Assembly (NCBI GenBank): GCA_963646585.1
Contig: CAVIXF010000341.1
Span: 1 to 46,276 of the forward strand
Reading direction: 5' to 3'
Length of the DNA stretch: 46,276 nucleotides
Origin: Candidatus Gastranaerophilales bacterium HUM_1
GTDB taxonomy: Bacteria > Bacteroidota > Bacteroidia > Bacteroidales > UBA932
The notes beneath the pieces were generated by a model, which was given only the letters and a program-made list of their open reading frames with translations, had not been told where the DNA came from and ran no database searches. Every line of letters begins with the position of its first letter. The first letter of the stretch is position 1. The position numbers and the translations under genes are program-made. Below, one piece after another: positions 44,501-46,276 of this stretch.

Positions 44501-45333
44501 TTACGGGTAAAAAGATCACCGACGAAATCACAGCAGGAATAGAATCCGGGGCGACGGACGTTAAAGCGGCTGCGTCGAAAGTATCGGACGACGCCGCATC
44601 CAAATTCGCTGACCTCGCCGACAAAGGCAAGTCGGCCGGTGAAAATGTCGCGAAGGGCTTCGTAGCCGGAGTGGACTACAACGCCGATTACGTCACGAAA
44701 GGCATGACCGGCGCGGCGCGCAACGCTATGGTTCAGTTCACCGATGTTCTCGGCATCCACTCCCCATCGACCGTGTTCAAAGAATATGGCCAATACGTCG
44801 ACCTCGGATTCGCTGAGGGCGTCACGCTCGGTCTCCCGAACGTCACGGACGCTTTCGGGAACGTCTGGACGTCGATCCGCGTCGATTTCTCGTCCTTCGC
44901 GAACGGGCTGCTCGCGTCCGCGAGAACCTTTGTCAATCAGCTGAATCAGACGCTCTCATCGGTGTCGTTCGGCGGAAGCAACGCGGCGAAATCCATCATC
45001 GGCAAGACGCCGAAAATGGTTCCCGCCTTCGCGACCGGCGGATTCCCGGAGGACGGAATGTTCTACGCGAACTCTGGCGAACTCGTCGGGCGGTTCTCCA
45101 ACGGGCGGACGGCTGTCGCGAACAACGCGCAGATCGTCGAAGGCATCGAGAACGCCGTCTATCGCGCAATGTCAGCCGCACAGCGCGGCTCAGGGCGCAG
45201 CGGGAAGATAGAACTCATCCTCGACAAGCAAGTCGTCGGACGCGCCTTCGGAGACGCCATAGATTCCGAAAAGAGACGTTCCGGCGCGAACACCAAAATC
45301 ACATTCACGAACGGAGGGCGCGGAAATGGTTAA
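41551..45333 (+). CDS. Tape measure protein
   Basis: 1260 aa, A/G/S/L-rich, LGIHSPS and FATGGFP motifs. Confidence 0.92.
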   Translation: MADNEVQIDSLSVAIEESTGRASKDLSSLASGLKKLQKSVAGLNLNNAIIQFGSLSTAIGGIGNNADKITALASSLLDLKSVGKVSAAVPKALSNQITALDTALSGVTESDVKRISSLASALTQLSSAKMPQISASIGHQIQNIGDAAKNLQGVNLTRFKELATALQPLSALTPAHLTSFINQLGEFSQLSKELETVDMDKFVSTIERLTAAMKPLATEMDKIARGFSAFPQRIQTFIKNNEESTKSVKKAEPTWQKFFETISKGSKKSSSGLTNFAKQLFSISTIKKFWMKATDSLESANEYIEALNLFYVSMGDKELAENAQKYAEIVGDSYGIDPTEFMKMQATFMDVSKSFGTASGTAYTMSKALTQLTYDISSLYNLKVDESLNKVRSALVGEIEPIRALGKDLSVANLKLLATELGITANVDAMNQSEKAMLRTISLLRQSKSAMGDMARTLEQPANQFRILKAQLTLLGRAIGELFLPMVQKVLPYMIALVKVGQHIVSAFAALAGFELPKFDYADSIIEGNEGIADSAEDAAKSVKKLYQLSFDELNILGNKNGSSSGSGTSAADIAKLEEELNRLSAEWDTAFSKKIGETTDKIAEQIENWITKGQDVEDWAAGVWKDFKGIKDAAAAVADSLGLWKIPAAIADLAKSLGLDVGAVDFNFGSSTQGKVTGGDTLKKLLGSGLGLALGIGALAIAATGNGGGLLAKGLGIALGIGAIDMLYDNVTSGKNDTSTGNGLLKTVTNALSLGLLGASLSLLGGKGLKYSVEMALGISSVLLLFDGITGLVDTDPDNDLASTVKLGIGAALGGIKLMVAGGAAGLKYTLPMALGFTSLSMIFAGASATADGNTLLGIVSGAVGQAFAAATGGAVAKLIGVAPAAGAGLALHFSIPFAISLTLEKIGFFDKAGEKIKDAFSGMGEAFKKSTENFKNGKYDPNNIFGVAGNWLDTLGETISGAFDGLTKTKYPKLDSGNSFKVTGKKITDEITAGIESGATDVKAAASKVSDDAASKFADLADKGKSAGENVAKGFVAGVDYNADYVTKGMTGAARNAMVQFTDVLGIHSPSTVFKEYGQYVDLGFAEGVTLGLPNVTDAFGNVWTSIRVDFSSFANGLLASARTFVNQLNQTLSSVSFGGSNAAKSIIGKTPKMVPAFATGGFPEDGMFYANSGELVGRFSNGRTAVANNAQIVEGIENAVYRAMSAAQRGSGRSGKIELILDKQVVGRAFGDAIDSEKRRSGANTKITFTNGGRGNG

Positions 45334-45709
45334 AGTTGACGGAACAGACTACAGCGCAATCGTCACCGCGCTGACGCGGAATTTCGAAGTCGTCGACGGC
45401 GACAACGCCGGGCGCACACTCGATGGCGTCATGCACCGCGACCTCATCGGAACCTACTACAATTATTCCATCACGATCAACACCGACCGTATGTCCCAGG
45501 CGGAGTACAACGCTCTCTACAAGACGATTTCCGCGCCGGTCACAAGTCACGACATCATCGTCCCGTTCGGCAACGAACCGCTCGCCTTCAAGGCGTATGT
45601 CTCGCGCGGAAGCGACGATCTCCTCCGGCAGTACTCCGAGACAAACCGGTACTGGGGCAACCTCTCCTTCGACTTTATCGCGATGGAGCCGCAAAGGAGC
45701 GCGGAATGA
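45326..45709 (+). CDS. Distal tail protein
   Basis: AGRTLDGVMHRDLIG motif; follows tape measure. Confidence 0.75.
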   Translation: MVKVDGTDYSAIVTALTRNFEVVDGDNAGRTLDGVMHRDLIGTYYNYSITINTDRMSQAEYNALYKTISAPVTSHDIIVPFGNEPLAFKAYVSRGSDDLLRQYSETNRYWGNLSFDFIAMEPQRSAE

Positions 45710-46276
45710 AACTCAAAGTCTCTTACGCCGACGTCGCCGTCGGGGCGAAAGAAAACTTCGCCCCGACGGCGGAGGGTCAGGCAAGCATATCCACCCCGGC
45801 ACTCCTACAGGGCATGCAGACGCCGATGTACGCGAACCCGTGCGAGATATACTCCGTCCTTCTCGATGGCTCTCTCGAAGTCCCTCCGGACGATGTGAAA
45901 TACGCTCTCGTGTCGGATGACCTCTCGGACGCGACCGACGGCAGCTTCGAAACGCCGCTCATCCTCACGCTTACCGCGACCGGGCAATACACCTCCCAGG
46001 GCATCACGCTAGTATTTGACGAGACCTCGAACCGGTACGCGACGGCGCTCAGTATCAAATGGTATCGCGGCGACACGCTGCTCTCCGAAAAGAGCTACAC
46101 GCCGGACAGCCCGAACTACTTCTGCGCGAACAAAGTCGAGAACTACAGCAAGCTGATAATCAGCTTCACGGCAATGAATATGCCGCGCAACCGGCTGTAT
46201 CTCACGGATATCCTGTACGGCCCTGTCCGAAACTTCGGGCGGGACGAAATCGAAAACTTCTCCCTGCTCCAGGAGG
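45706..46276 (+). CDS. Tail tip/baseplate hub protein, 5' part (continues at 1-1104)
   Basis: AAGGAG SD, ATGA overlap, open to the window end. Confidence 0.75.
   Translation, partial: MKLKVSYADVAVGAKENFAPTAEGQASISTPALLQGMQTPMYANPCEIYSVLLDGSLEVPPDDVKYALVSDDLSDATDGSFETPLILTLTATGQYTSQGITLVFDETSNRYATALSIKWYRGDTLLSEKSYTPDSPNYFCANKVENYSKLIISFTAMNMPRNRLYLTDILYGPVRNFGRDEIENFSLLQE
46210..46276 (+). repeat. Terminal direct repeat, right copy
   Basis: 66/67 identical to 1-67. Confidence 0.97.

Larger units (their letters stand above)
1..46276. mobile_element. Complete circularly permuted temperate siphophage genome
   Basis: Terminal 67-bp repeat; integrase+attP, repressor, replication, terminase, portal, capsid, tail, tape measure and lysis modules all present. 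Confidence 0.95.

Overview
The window is an apparently complete, circularly permuted temperate siphophage genome: bases 1-67 repeat at 46210-46276 with one mismatch. The consensus sigma-A promoters, strong SD sites and gene content suggest a Clostridia/Firmicutes host (inference). Gene order: baseplate and fibre genes, lysis, a post-lysis cassette, an accessory operon, attP (3' end of a tRNA), tyrosine integrase, immunity region, early and replication genes, origin, terS, a leftward island, resolvase, terL, portal, a Com-like Zn-ribbon gene, head genes, tail genes. Best candidates for new biology: (1) A Mu-Com-like protein and tandem AGAGCGCC repeats. The repeats lie in the 5' arms of hairpins gating terL and the capsid operon, and four more copies with no complementary arm lie in a separately promoted antisense RNA in the immunity region that also encodes a 27-aa membrane peptide. 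(2) A 1.7-kb island almost free of TTC/GAA, the type I-C CRISPR PAM, carrying strongly promoted orphan genes that are anti-CRISPR candidates. (3) A small covarying pseudoknot abutting the SD of four accessory genes. (4) A SinI-like mimic of the repressor C-terminus. Product calls come from motif recognition and synteny only; no database searches were run.
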